The position numbers and the translations under genes were made by a program. DNA of 63,757 nucleotides from Trebonia sp. GTDB lineage: Bacteria; Actinomycetota; Actinomycetes; Streptosporangiales; Streptosporangiaceae. The stretch lies in assembly GCA_036509215.1 (NCBI GenBank), contig DATCGA010000501.1:1-63757 (forward strand), written 5' to 3'. This document shows, in pieces, positions 32,525-41,426 of the stretch. The notes under the pieces were generated by a model that made no database searches, was not told the origin of the DNA, and was given only the letters and a program-made list of their open reading frames with translations. How positions within the stretch are numbered: the stretch's first letter is position 1; the number at the start of each line of letters is the position of its first letter.

Positions 32525-34234
32525 GTGCGCGTCATCTCGGTCGCCCGGTTCGGCGGCCCGGAAGTGCTGATGCCGGCCGAGGCGCCGGACCCGGTGGCCG
32601 CCCCCGGAGAAGTCGTGATCGCCGCCAGCGCCAGCGACGTGATGTTCGTGGACACCATGATCCGTTCCGGGCGCGGGGCCGGCTTCTTTCCGATCCGGCC
32701 GCCGTACGTCCCCGGGGGCGGGATCGGCGGGGAGGTGATCTCGGTCGGCGGCGGCGTCGACGCCGGCTGGCTCGGCCGGCCGGTCATCGCCCACACCGGC
32801 GGGCCCGGGGGCGGCGGCGGGTACGCCGAGCGGGCCGCGGTCAGCCTCGAGGACACGGTCGCGGTCCCCGACGGCCTCGACCCGCTGCTGGCGGTGGCGA
32901 TCGTCCACGACGGGCCGACGGCGCTTCGCGTCGCCCGGCTGGTCGACGTCCGGCCTGGGGAGCAGGTCCTGGTCCTCGGGGCGGCCGGCGGCATGGGCAT
33001 CCTCCTCGTCCAGCTCCTGCGAGCGCGCGGGGCGCGGGTCATCGGCGCCGTCCGGGGCAAGGCCAAGGCGGACGCCGTGGCCGAGGCCGGGGCCGACGCG
33101 GTGATCGACTACGGCCGGCCCGACTGGACGTCCCTGGTGCTGGACGCCACGGGCGGGGCCGGCCCGGCGGTCGTGCTCGACGGCGTCGGCGGCCAACTCG
33201 GCCTCGACGCCTACGGGATCATCGCCGACGGCGGCCGCTTCTCCGCCCACGGGGCGCCGAGCGGCGCCTTCGCCGCGATCGACCCGGGCGACGCTGGCCG
33301 GAGGAAGGTGACGGTCACCGGTCTCGGGGACCTTCAGGTCCGGCCGGGCGAACGGGCCGACCTAGCCCGTCAGCTGCTGCCCGAGGTCGCCTCGGGGAAA
33401 ATCCGCCCGCTCATCGGCCAGAGGTTCCCGCTCGCCGAGGCCGCCCGCGCGCACACGCTGCTCGAAACCAGGCAGGCCATCGCCAAGACCCTGCTGACAT
33501 CTGTCTTATTCGGCTTCGGCTTCGGCTTCGTCTTGGTCGAGGTAGAGGCAGAACGGGTGGCCCGCCGGGTCGTAGAGCACGCGCACGTCTTCCTGCGGCT
33601 GGAACTCGGCCAGCGTCGCGCCGCGTTCGATGGCGCCGGCGACGCCGGCCGCCAGGTCGTCGACCGCGATGTCGATGTGCATCATCATCCGCTGGCGGCC
33701 CTCGGCGGCCGGCCAGACCGGGGGAACGTAGTCGGGCGCGTCGTCGAAGCTCAGGTAGGACGAGGTCCCGGGTACTTGAATCGCGGCGCCGTTCGGCTCC
33801 CGCACCGACACCGGCCACCCGAGCAGGTAAGAGTAGAAATCGGCGAGCGCCTGGGCGTCGGGCGCCTCGAGAACCACGCCCCACCAATCTGCCCTGGACC
33901 GTCCGCGCATACGGTCATTATTCCGCTTCTGCGGGCACCTTGCCCGGGTCGGCGGTCACGCCCAGGTCGCGTGCCGCGGCCGAAATCTGCCGGGCAAGCT
34001 CGACGTCGCGCGAGCTCAGCCCGCCGACGTCGTGCGTCATCAGGCGCACGACGACACTCGGGTACCGCAGATCAACATCGGGATGGTGGTTGGCGGCGTC
34101 GGCGAGCTCGCCGATCGCGTCGACCAGTGCGACCCCGGCCCGGAACGACCCGGTCCCGAAGTACGCGCAGGCGGCGCCCGACACCACCCGCCAGTCGCCG
34201 ACGCCGTCGGCCTCGAGGAACTCTTGCGGGCTGA
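32525..34234 (+). CDS. Zinc-binding dehydrogenase / quinone oxidoreductase (MDR); domain ends ~33505 but the frame reads on to 34234
   Basis: FGGPEVL, VLVLGAAGGMG, FPLAEAARAH, AKTLL. The residues after ~33505 look like antisense shadow. Confidence 0.75.
   Translation: MRVISVARFGGPEVLMPAEAPDPVAAPGEVVIAASASDVMFVDTMIRSGRGAGFFPIRPPYVPGGGIGGEVISVGGGVDAGWLGRPVIAHTGGPGGGGGYAERAAVSLEDTVAVPDGLDPLLAVAIVHDGPTALRVARLVDVRPGEQVLVLGAAGGMGILLVQLLRARGARVIGAVRGKAKADAVAEAGADAVIDYGRPDWTSLVLDATGGAGPAVVLDGVGGQLGLDAYGIIADGGRFSAHGAPSGAFAAIDPGDAGRRKVTVTGLGDLQVRPGERADLARQLLPEVASGKIRPLIGQRFPLAEAARAHTLLETRQAIAKTLLTSVLFGFGFGFVLVEVEAERVARRVVEHAHVFLRLELGQRRAAFDGAGDAGRQVVDRDVDVHHHPLAALGGRPDRGNVVGRVVEAQVGRGPGYLNRGAVRLPHRHRPPEQVRVEIGERLGVGRLENHAPPICPGPSAHTVIIPLLRAPCPGRRSRPGRVPRPKSAGQARRRASSARRRRASSGARRHSGTADQHRDGGWRRRRARRSRRPVRPRPGTTRSRSTRRRRPTPPASRRRRRPRGTLAG
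33506..33910 (-). CDS. VOC/glyoxalase family protein
   Basis: ALADFYSYLLGW, MHIDIAVDD, LYDPAGHPFCL. Confidence 0.9.
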   Translation of the reverse strand: MRGRSRADWWGVVLEAPDAQALADFYSYLLGWPVSVREPNGAAIQVPGTSSYLSFDDAPDYVPPVWPAAEGRQRMMMHIDIAVDDLAAGVAGAIERGATLAEFQPQEDVRVLYDPAGHPFCLYLDQDEAEAEAE

Positions 34235-34247
34235 TCCGTTCAGTCAT
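33918..34247 (-). CDS. Pterin-4a-carbinolamine dehydratase
   Basis: NHHPDVDLRY, THDVGGLSSRDVELARQIS. Confidence 0.88.
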   Translation of the reverse strand: MTERISPQEFLEADGVGDWRVVSGAACAYFGTGSFRAGVALVDAIGELADAANHHPDVDLRYPSVVVRLMTHDVGGLSSRDVELARQISAAARDLGVTADPGKVPAEAE

Positions 34248-34317
34248 GCCCGCAACCTACCCGTCAGCGGAGCCGGGGAACGCGGCAACGCGCGCGCTCA
34301 GCGGGACGCGCCGCGCG

Positions 34318-34343
34318 CGGATTGTCAGAGCGGATTGTCAGAG
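34318..34343. repeat. Tandem 13-bp duplication
   Basis: CGGATTGTCAGAG twice. Confidence 0.8.
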
Positions 34344-34363
34344 CCGCGCCCTACTATCCGAGC

Positions 34364-34483
34364 GTGACCACCGCTGCCGTTGAGGACGTCCGCGTTGCCG
34401 GCGCCATGATCACCTGCGCCTCGATCGTCTTCGCGTGCGCGCTGGCCGCCGGGCTGGTGCCGACGATCCGTCGCATCGGCTAG
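34364..34483 (+). pseudogene. 39-aa ORF, possibly fused ends of a deleted transporter gene
   Basis: VTTAAVEDVRVAGAMITCASIVFACALAAGLVPTIRRIG. The end resembles the last TM plus VPSVRR tail of MFS proteins. Confidence 0.3.
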
Positions 34484-34682
34484 TTTCCCGGTGTGGACTG
34501 CTCGGACGCGCTACGGGCAGCCGTCTCCGGCGGCCTTTAATGGTGTTATGCCGGATATATTGAGATTTGCGCTGACATCAGATTCAACAATGCTAATTTA
34601 TTATGTATTGAACTAGCGCTCCTGCTATGTTGCGGTGATTGCGAGTAGGCCAACAGGACCACATCTTCGTTCTGGAGTTGTT

Positions 34683-35447
34683 ATGCGCCGTCTTCCGCTA
34701 ATCGCCGCCATCTATACAGCGGGCGCAGTGCTTACCGCCTGTTCAAGCACTACTTCGACCGGGCCGGCCGTCGCCGCATTGTCCTCCGGAACTCACCAAC
34801 CATGCGCATCGACCTTGGCGGCGTGGCAGCACGGTCCTGGCGGCAGCGCCCTTCGCTCTGCGCTAACCGCCAGTTCGGCCATGGGCGCCGCACTGGAAAG
34901 CGGCAGCCGCACACGGGTTACCGGAGCGGCACAGGGGCTGGATTCCGCCGCAAGCCGCGCCGATAGCCATCTGCCGCCCGTTTGCGCGGATCATGGCTCC
35001 GCTTATCAAATCGCCATGCATGACTGGATGATCGGCGCGTCGGACGCGAGGGATGGCAGGCTCGAGGAAACGTCTTCGAAGATCGCCACCGGAGCGCACG
35101 TAATTGACGCGGTCACGATGCTCCAACGGCTATCGCCAACCCTGCTCAAGAGCCTGTCACGGCCGGTGGCGATCCCAACCGAGTCTGCTCCGCCGCCGCC
35201 CCCGCCTGCGCCTGCGCCGCCGCCTTCGCCTGCCGCCACGACGGCCGCTCCGTCAGCTGCGCCCGCACCTGCAACCACCCAGGCCGCGGCGACGCCTGCG
35301 GGCTGCTACCCGATCAGCGATGAAGGGACGTGCTACAAGCCCGGCGAGTACTGTCGCGACGACGACCACGGAACCTCCGGTGTAGCAGGCGATGGTGAAG
35401 CGATCACCTGCGAGGACAACGACGGGTGGCGTTGGGAGCCGTCCTGA
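34683..35447 (+). CDS. Lipoprotein with Pro/Ala linker and C-terminal Cys-rich domain
   Basis: GGAG RBS; lipobox LTAC; tail GCYPISDEGTCYKPGEYC...TCEDNDGWRW. Confidence 0.75.
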   Translation: MRRLPLIAAIYTAGAVLTACSSTTSTGPAVAALSSGTHQPCASTLAAWQHGPGGSALRSALTASSAMGAALESGSRTRVTGAAQGLDSAASRADSHLPPVCADHGSAYQIAMHDWMIGASDARDGRLEETSSKIATGAHVIDAVTMLQRLSPTLLKSLSRPVAIPTESAPPPPPPAPAPPPSPAATTAAPSAAPAPATTQAAATPAGCYPISDEGTCYKPGEYCRDDDHGTSGVAGDGEAITCEDNDGWRWEPS

Positions 35448-35465
35448 TCACGCTGGCCGGGGCGG

Positions 35466-36449
35466 TCAGCGCCCTGGTTCGATGACCTTCGCAAGCCGGA
35501 AGGTCTCGAAGACGCGAGGGTCCTGGAACACCACGTTGCGCGCGATCCCGCCGGTGGTCAGGGTCAGCACCTGGAGCGTGTGCAGGCGCAGGGTGCCCGT
35601 GTCGTCGGGGCAGTAGGCCGCCAGGGCGGGCTGGCCGTTGGCCCGGGCCGGGATCATCCGCCAGCCGCCGCCGCGCATGGCGAAGACGCGGGCGATGAAG
35701 CGGCCGTAGTTGACCCGTCCGGCGTACCAGAGCGGGACCGGCGGCATCTCCAGGATCGCGTCATCGGTGAGCAGCGTGACCAGAGCGTCCACGTCGGCGG
35801 ATTCGAACGCGCGGATGTAGCGCTCGATCGTCTCCCGGACCGCACGGTCGTCGGGCGTGAGCACCGCGCTCTCCTGCGGCGCGGCCGCCGCGATCGCGGT
35901 CCGCGCCCGCTGCAGGGCGCTGTTGACGGCCGCGGTCGAGGTCTCCAGCTGCCCGGCGACCTCGGCCGCGCTGAACTGGAGCACGTCCCTGAGCACGAGG
36001 ACGGCCCGCTGACGGGCTGGGAGGAACTGCATCGCGGCGACCAGCGCGAGCCGCACGCCGTCGCGCTCGGCCGCGCGCGCCAGCGGGTCGGCGTGATCAC
36101 GACGCAGGTATGTCTCGGGCAGCGGCTGGAGCCACGGCACCTCGAAGTCGGGCACCAGCGGGGTGTCCGGGTCGTCGCTGGCCGCGCCCAGGCCCGAGGG
36201 CAATGGCCGCCGGGGCCTGCTCTCGAGCGCGGTCAGGCAGGCGTTGGTCGCGATCCGGTAGAGCCAGGTCCGCAGCGAGGCGCGCTCCGCGTCGTAACGG
36301 TCGCGGGCCTTCCACGCCCGGATCAGCGTCTCCTGGGCAACATCCTCGGCGTCATCCACTGAGCCCAGCATCCGGTAGCAGTGCACCACCAGCTCGTGCC
36401 GGAAGGTGGCGGCGGCGGCGTCAAAGTCCGCCTCGACGGTGATGTTCAC
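35466..36449 (-). CDS. ECF sigma factor with C-terminal SnoaL-like domain (SigG-like)
   Basis: HCYRMLGS..DAEDVAQET, WLYRIATNACL, LPARQRAVLVLRDV, NSALQRAR, ANGQPA. Confidence 0.92.
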   Translation of the reverse strand: MNITVEADFDAAAATFRHELVVHCYRMLGSVDDAEDVAQETLIRAWKARDRYDAERASLRTWLYRIATNACLTALESRPRRPLPSGLGAASDDPDTPLVPDFEVPWLQPLPETYLRRDHADPLARAAERDGVRLALVAAMQFLPARQRAVLVLRDVLQFSAAEVAGQLETSTAAVNSALQRARTAIAAAAPQESAVLTPDDRAVRETIERYIRAFESADVDALVTLLTDDAILEMPPVPLWYAGRVNYGRFIARVFAMRGGGWRMIPARANGQPALAAYCPDDTGTLRLHTLQVLTLTTGGIARNVVFQDPRVFETFRLAKVIEPGR

Positions 36450-36509
36450 GCTCGCTCCCGTGTCCTTCCTCGGCTGCCAGGCGTCGGTTCGACGGTATCC
36501 CCCGCCGGC

Positions 36510-36540
36510 CGATGAGTTCAGGGTCCGCCCCCGGTATGTA
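36510..36540 (+). promoter_or_regulatory. Putative SigG-type ECF promoter
   Basis: CGATGA-N18-GTATGTA between the divergent sigma and RibD-C genes. Confidence 0.55.
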
Positions 36541-36594
36541 CATCCGACCACGAGACGCGCCGGGCCACGTCGGCCTGAGCCCAGGAGGCGAACC

Positions 36595-37161
36595 ATGAAT
36601 CGCATCATCGTCATCGAATTCATCACCCTCGACGGCGTTACTGAAGACCCCGACGGATCGGCCGGGTCACCGGGCGGCGGCTGGGCATTCCGGTTCGGCC
36701 CGGAGGCGGTGGCCGGGGACAAGTTCAGGCTCGGCTCTCGTCTCGACTCCGGCGCGCTGCTGTTCGGGCGCGAGACGTGGCAGCTGTTCGCCGGGATCTG
36801 GCCGGGACGGTCCGACGAGTTCTCGACCCGGATGAACACGGCCGACAAGCGGGTGGCGTCCCGGACGCTGGCCGACGTCAGCGGCTGGAAGAACTCCAGG
36901 CTGATCGAGGGCGAGCTGACCGGTGAGGTCCAGCGCCTGCGGGGCGAACGGGACGTGATCGTCATCGGCAGCGCTAGCGTCGTGCGCGCGCTGATGGAGC
37001 GCGACCTCGTTGACGAGTACCGGCTGCTTGTCTTCCCGACTGTGCTCGGCCACGGCGGCCGGCTGTTCACGGGCGAGGCGGCGGTCGGCGATCTGCGCCT
37101 CATCTCGGCCGAGCAGAGCGGCGCGGCCGCCCTGCTGCGCTATGAGAAAGCCGAGCGATAA
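36595..37161 (+). CDS. Dihydrofolate reductase / RibD C-terminal family protein
   Basis: AGGAGG RBS; FITLDGV, LLFGRETW, IGSASVV, VDEYRLLVFPTVLG. Confidence 0.9.
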   Translation: MNRIIVIEFITLDGVTEDPDGSAGSPGGGWAFRFGPEAVAGDKFRLGSRLDSGALLFGRETWQLFAGIWPGRSDEFSTRMNTADKRVASRTLADVSGWKNSRLIEGELTGEVQRLRGERDVIVIGSASVVRALMERDLVDEYRLLVFPTVLGHGGRLFTGEAAVGDLRLISAEQSGAAALLRYEKAER

Positions 37162-37200
37162 CGCGCCGGCCGACCGCGCCGTGAATAAGTTCGGCGGCGT

Positions 37201-37223
37201 GAATCACCCCGGCGGGGTGATTC
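37201..37223. terminator. Hairpin, possible terminator
   Basis: GAATCACCCC-GGC-GGGGTGATTC after the RibD-C gene; no U-tract. Confidence 0.5.
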
Positions 37224-37294
37224 GGGCCGCCTGCCGCGTGGATACGGTCCCCCTTGGTATTCGGACTCCACGCGATTGTTGATGCTGAGGTGCC

Positions 37295-38176
37295 ATGGCG
37301 ATTCAGACAGGCAATCCGGGCTCATCCGCGCTCACCGAGAAGCAGACCGCGCAGGTGCGCACCCGGGTCCGGCTGCTCATTGACATCACCGCCCGGGCCG
37401 GCAGCTATCGCAAGGGGCTGCAGGCGGCCGCCGCGCAGCTCAGCCCGGAAGAGGCGGCAATCATCGTCGACCTGGAAGACCACGGGCTCCAGGTGCCGCA
37501 GCTGCGTGACCTGCTACGGGGCGGGCACGTGCTCGTCGATGACCCGCAGCTGTACGAGAAGTGGCGCTTCGCGAAGGCCAGTCACCCGCGGATATCCAGT
37601 CATCACCGCGATATCGACAAGAAGCTCTACCCGGACCTCGGGATGCGCGGACCGGTGGTCCGGGAGAAGCTGCACGGCCGGACCGCCCGCGGCACCTGGG
37701 TGCAGCTGGAGAAGACCCCGGCCGCGTTCGGCAAGGGCAAGCTGCCCAGCCTGGACGACCTCCGGCACCTCGTGGATTACGTCACCTACCGGATCACCCG
37801 CAGCAACGTCGGACCGTGGGGTCTGTCGCGGATGACGGAACGGCATCCGATGTACCTGTCGCCTGATCTGGCCGTGCCCACCCCGCTATCCACCGAGGTC
37901 GCGGCCTCACTGACCTCCGCCCTACGCCGGATCGAGGAAGCGGACGACACCACGGCCGCCTCGGCCGACCTCGCGGCCGACTTCCCGCCCCCGGACCGGG
38001 CGGAGCCGGAGACCGAGCTCGGCCAGATACTGTCCGGGCGGTCCGGACGGGGGCTCTTCGGCAACTCCGACGTATGGGTGACGGAGACCGCGTCCCAAGT
38101 GGCGGCCACGATCATGGATCAAGCTCGCACGGACCCGCCGACGGCGGGTCTGTGGGCGGAAGCGGGGCTGATGTGA
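37295..38176 (+). CDS. Hypothetical protein with enzyme-like motifs
   Basis: GAGG RBS; good GC3; motifs GGHVLVDD, RISSHH, GTWVQLE. Confidence 0.75.
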   Translation: MAIQTGNPGSSALTEKQTAQVRTRVRLLIDITARAGSYRKGLQAAAAQLSPEEAAIIVDLEDHGLQVPQLRDLLRGGHVLVDDPQLYEKWRFAKASHPRISSHHRDIDKKLYPDLGMRGPVVREKLHGRTARGTWVQLEKTPAAFGKGKLPSLDDLRHLVDYVTYRITRSNVGPWGLSRMTERHPMYLSPDLAVPTPLSTEVAASLTSALRRIEEADDTTAASADLAADFPPPDRAEPETELGQILSGRSGRGLFGNSDVWVTETASQVAATIMDQARTDPPTAGLWAEAGLM

Positions 38177-38928
38177 GCGATACGGCAGCGGCGGGCTCGG
38201 CCTCGCCGGCACCAGGCCCGGGTCAGGCCGCCGTTCCCGAGGGTCTGGTCTCGGCCGTGGTGGAGCTGGTCAATACCGGACCGGTGCTGCTGGGCGCCTA
38301 CACCCTGGCGGAGCTCACCGCGGTGGACGCGATCGTGGATTTCCTCGAGGCCCGGCCGTCGGATGAGGTTCTGGCCGAGGCCGTTCGCTCGCTCTCCGCC
38401 CGTCAGCTCCTGGTGACGGGCTCCGCCGGACAGCAAGTGCAGGTACGGGGAGATCTAGGGATCGCGGTCGCCTTCCAGCAGCGGGCCCGAATGGTCCTCG
38501 ACGCCCGCGCGACCGGGACGGCGCCCGGAGAGCCCTGGCGGACGCTCTTGATCCCGCAGCCCGAGGACATCTTCCTCGTCGTCAGAATCGACGCTCTTGG
38601 CGTCCACGAGCTCGGTCTTTTCCCGTCCGACAAGACCTTCGACGACCTCATCGACTGGCTGCCGAAGGGCGACTTGGCCGAGGCGGGCGCGCATGAAGAC
38701 ACAACCGCCGTGCTTTCCTCTTCTTCTCGGGCCGCGCTCGTCACCGTGACCAAATACACCGCCGAGGGATCCGCTGAGACCGCCGCGTCAAGCAGCGACC
38801 TAGTCCTCGCCCGCCACGAGGACCAGCTGCACGTCTACGGCCGGTCCCCGGACAACCCGGCCACGCTGATCCCCCGGCAAATGGACGGCAAGACCGTACG
38901 CGACACGCTCACCGACCTGCTGTCTTAA
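38173..38928 (+). CDS. Hypothetical protein, translationally coupled to the upstream gene
   Basis: GTGA overlap; acidic 251-aa protein with AVRSLSARQLL. Confidence 0.75.
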   Translation: MSDTAAAGSASPAPGPGQAAVPEGLVSAVVELVNTGPVLLGAYTLAELTAVDAIVDFLEARPSDEVLAEAVRSLSARQLLVTGSAGQQVQVRGDLGIAVAFQQRARMVLDARATGTAPGEPWRTLLIPQPEDIFLVVRIDALGVHELGLFPSDKTFDDLIDWLPKGDLAEAGAHEDTTAVLSSSSRAALVTVTKYTAEGSAETAASSSDLVLARHEDQLHVYGRSPDNPATLIPRQMDGKTVRDTLTDLLS

Positions 38929-39030
38929 TATCCCGCGACCTCGTCACGCGTCGGCTGCCTTTTGGAAACGGGGCCGATGCGCGTAGCCTGCCCCTGGGCG
39001 AGGTCATCAGACGGGAGAGGTAGCTAAAGG

Positions 39031-39564
39031 TTGACGGCCGCATGGTTTGCCTTGGGTGGTGCTCTCATCGGAGTTCTGGGGACCGTTCTTACCGAGTTCG
39101 CCAGAGGGCGAAGAGACGATCGAAATGCGTGGCGAGAGGAACTCAGATCTGTCTGTGCTGAATTTGTGAGCGAAGTCTCTCACATCCAGGATCTTAGCCA
39201 CGAATTGCGCAGGACCCCGGAGGACTCCGAGGTTCAACGCGCAGCGCAGGAAACGCACTCACGACTGCGGGCCCTCCAAGACAGGCTGCGTCTCACTTCC
39301 AAGTCTGTGGCAACGCAGGAAGCCGCCAGACGGCTTCAGCACTACAGCTACTATCAATGGCGCTCCACGCTAGGGGGCCGAGGCGAATTCTGGCAGGCTC
39401 ACGAAGAAATCCGCACCTGGTTGACCACATTCAACATTTCGGCCAGGAAAGAGCTCGGCCTAGAAGGCTCGTCCGTCTACCAGGATCCCCCCGAGGGATT
39501 CCCCATTCCGGGCGACAAGCCCCGGAGCGTGGCCGGGTCTGAAACTGACCCGGCCACCCCGTAG
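39031..39564 (+). CDS. Hypothetical protein with N-terminal TM and helical body
   Basis: AAWFALGGALIGVLGTVL followed by a charged helical region; codon usage is less GC-biased. Confidence 0.65.
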   Translation: MTAAWFALGGALIGVLGTVLTEFARGRRDDRNAWREELRSVCAEFVSEVSHIQDLSHELRRTPEDSEVQRAAQETHSRLRALQDRLRLTSKSVATQEAARRLQHYSYYQWRSTLGGRGEFWQAHEEIRTWLTTFNISARKELGLEGSSVYQDPPEGFPIPGDKPRSVAGSETDPATP

Positions 39565-39581
39565 AAGGTTCCTGGCTTTGC

Positions 39582-39971
39582 TTACGCGGCCAGGGGCTGG
39601 ACCGTCAGCTGGCAGTCCTCGCGGATGCGGCCCGTCTCCCCAAGGAAGAGGAAGACGCGGGCGGCCCACGCCACCTCTCCCTCGGGGGTGCTGAGCTGGA
39701 CCGAGAAGGTGACGATGTCGTCGTGCCTGCTCACGTCGTCAGCCACGGTGACGTTGTACTTCCCGCTCCCCACGAACGCCTCATAGGCGTGAGCGATCCG
39801 GTCGTCGAGCTCCTCGTGGCCGCGGAACTGGGCGCCCTCCACGTACTCGACGCCATCGGGCTCCCACAGGTTCCCGATGGCGGCCCGGCGAGCTTGAGCA
39901 TCGTGCTCGTTCCACACCGCCACGTACCGGTCGGTGATCGTGCTTGCCGCTGCCTCAGTCGTTTCGGTCAT
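39582..39971 (-). CDS. SnoaL/NTF2-like protein
   Basis: DRYVAVWNE..RRAAIGNLW, FRGHEEL, GRIRED; GGGAG RBS. Confidence 0.8.
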   Translation of the reverse strand: MTETTEAAASTITDRYVAVWNEHDAQARRAAIGNLWEPDGVEYVEGAQFRGHEELDDRIAHAYEAFVGSGKYNVTVADDVSRHDDIVTFSVQLSTPEGEVAWAARVFLFLGETGRIREDCQLTVQPLAA

Positions 39972-40013
39972 GGCCCTGCTCCCGTCGTTCCGGCTACTTG
40001 CTTACCTGTCAGC

Positions 40014-40044
40014 AGGTTGAGCCCTCCCATTACAGGAGGGTCAA
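40014..40044 (-). promoter_or_regulatory. MerR-type promoter/operator
   Basis: -35 TTGACC, 19-bp spacer, -10 CAACCT; dyad CCCTCC-N7-GGAGGG. Confidence 0.65.
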
Positions 40045-40270
40045 GCCGCTGGACCGGGGTGTTGGTCGCCACGGTCCGTTCGAGATCATGGGTTTGATCT
40101 GCCCGGGCATCCTCGGCCCCCACCCAGACGGGTGAAGGGGAGAATGAATGGCCGAGTTGGTGACGGTGAGGGTATGGATGGTGACATCCTGTAAGGAGGC
40201 CGCGTTCGTCGAGGCGCGGGCCGTCGCCATCTCGGGGACCAGCCCCGGCCCGCAAGAGAGCTGAGACGCC

Positions 40271-41407
40271 ATGCCCAAGCACATTGTCATCCTCGGCGCC
40301 GGGTTCGGCGGGCTCGAGCTCGCGACCCAGCTGGCGGAGTCGGTTCCCGACGAGGCTCGCGTCACGCTCATCGACAAGAGCGCGGCCTTCATGTTCGGGT
40401 TCTCCAAGCTCGACGTCATGTTCGGCCGACGACCGATATCCGAGCTGTGGCACTCCTACCGCGACATCGCCAAGTCCGGCCTTGAATTCCGGCACGAGAC
40501 CGTCACCTCAATCGACCCCGAGAATCGCCGGGTCGTGACGAATGCGGGGAGCTACGAGGCTGACATCCTGGTCGTCGCGCTCGGCGCTGATTACGACGTC
40601 GACGCCACCCCGGGCCTGGCCGAGGACGGGTACGAGTTCTACTCCCACGCCGGCGCCGAGCGAGCTCGCGACGTGCTGGCCGGCTTTGGCGGGGGTGCTG
40701 TCGTCGTCGGCGTGCTCGGCGGGTTCTTCAAGTGCCCGGGGGCGCCCAATGAGACCGCGCTGCTTCTGCACGACTACCTCTCCGCGCGCGGGCTGCGCGA
40801 ATCGTCGAGCATCCACCTGGTCAGCCCGCTTCCGATGCCGATCCCGATCTCGAAGCGGACCTCAGCGGCGATTGCGGCGATCCTTGAGGAGCAAGGCATC
40901 GAGTACTGGCCCTCATCCCGGGTAAGCCGACTTGACCCGGATCGTCACGTCGCTCATCTTGATGACGGACGGGAACTGCCCTACGACGTCTTCCTCGGCA
41001 TCCCGGTCCACTGCGCCCCCGAGGTCGTCGCCGCGTCCGCGCTGGCCGAGGACGGATGGATTCCGGTCGACCCGGCCACGTTCGCCACCAGGTTCCCCGG
41101 CGTCTACGCGGTCGGCGACGTCACCAGCGCCCCGGTACCCCGGGCAGGGGGAATCGCCGAGGGCGAGGCGGCCACCCTGGCCCAGGTGCTCATCTCCCAG
41201 CTCACCGGCGGGAGCGCGGTACCGCCCTACGACGGCGCGGCAGCGTGCTACGTCGAGCTGGGCGAGGAACTGGTGGGGCGCATCGACGTCAACTTCCTGT
41301 CCTATGACACCCCGGTCGCGAAGTTCACCGCCCCCGCCACGGCGCTCACCAACGAGAAGCGCGAGTGGGGAGCCGCTCGAGCCGCACGGTGGTTCGGGCA
41401 CCGGTAA
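40271..41407 (+). CDS. Sulfide:quinone oxidoreductase-like FAD oxidoreductase
   Basis: ILGAGFGGL, FKCPGAPNE, VYAVGDV, YDGAAACYVELG. Confidence 0.8.
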   Translation: MPKHIVILGAGFGGLELATQLAESVPDEARVTLIDKSAAFMFGFSKLDVMFGRRPISELWHSYRDIAKSGLEFRHETVTSIDPENRRVVTNAGSYEADILVVALGADYDVDATPGLAEDGYEFYSHAGAERARDVLAGFGGGAVVVGVLGGFFKCPGAPNETALLLHDYLSARGLRESSSIHLVSPLPMPIPISKRTSAAIAAILEEQGIEYWPSSRVSRLDPDRHVAHLDDGRELPYDVFLGIPVHCAPEVVAASALAEDGWIPVDPATFATRFPGVYAVGDVTSAPVPRAGGIAEGEAATLAQVLISQLTGGSAVPPYDGAAACYVELGEELVGRIDVNFLSYDTPVAKFTAPATALTNEKREWGAARAARWFGHR

Positions 41408-41426
41408 TAATCGAGCGGCCCGAAGG

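Noticed and set aside
34283-34400. CGGCAACGCG and its inverse, resembling the cassette junction motif
   Set aside because: Only the GC-rich 10-mer matches; the CTTA...ATT part is missing, so it is likely chance.
34588-34615. dif-like site in the AT-rich tract (TAA...TTATGT)
   Set aside because: The spacer is 4 nt rather than 6 and the XerD arm does not continue as TTATGTCAA/TTATGTTAA.
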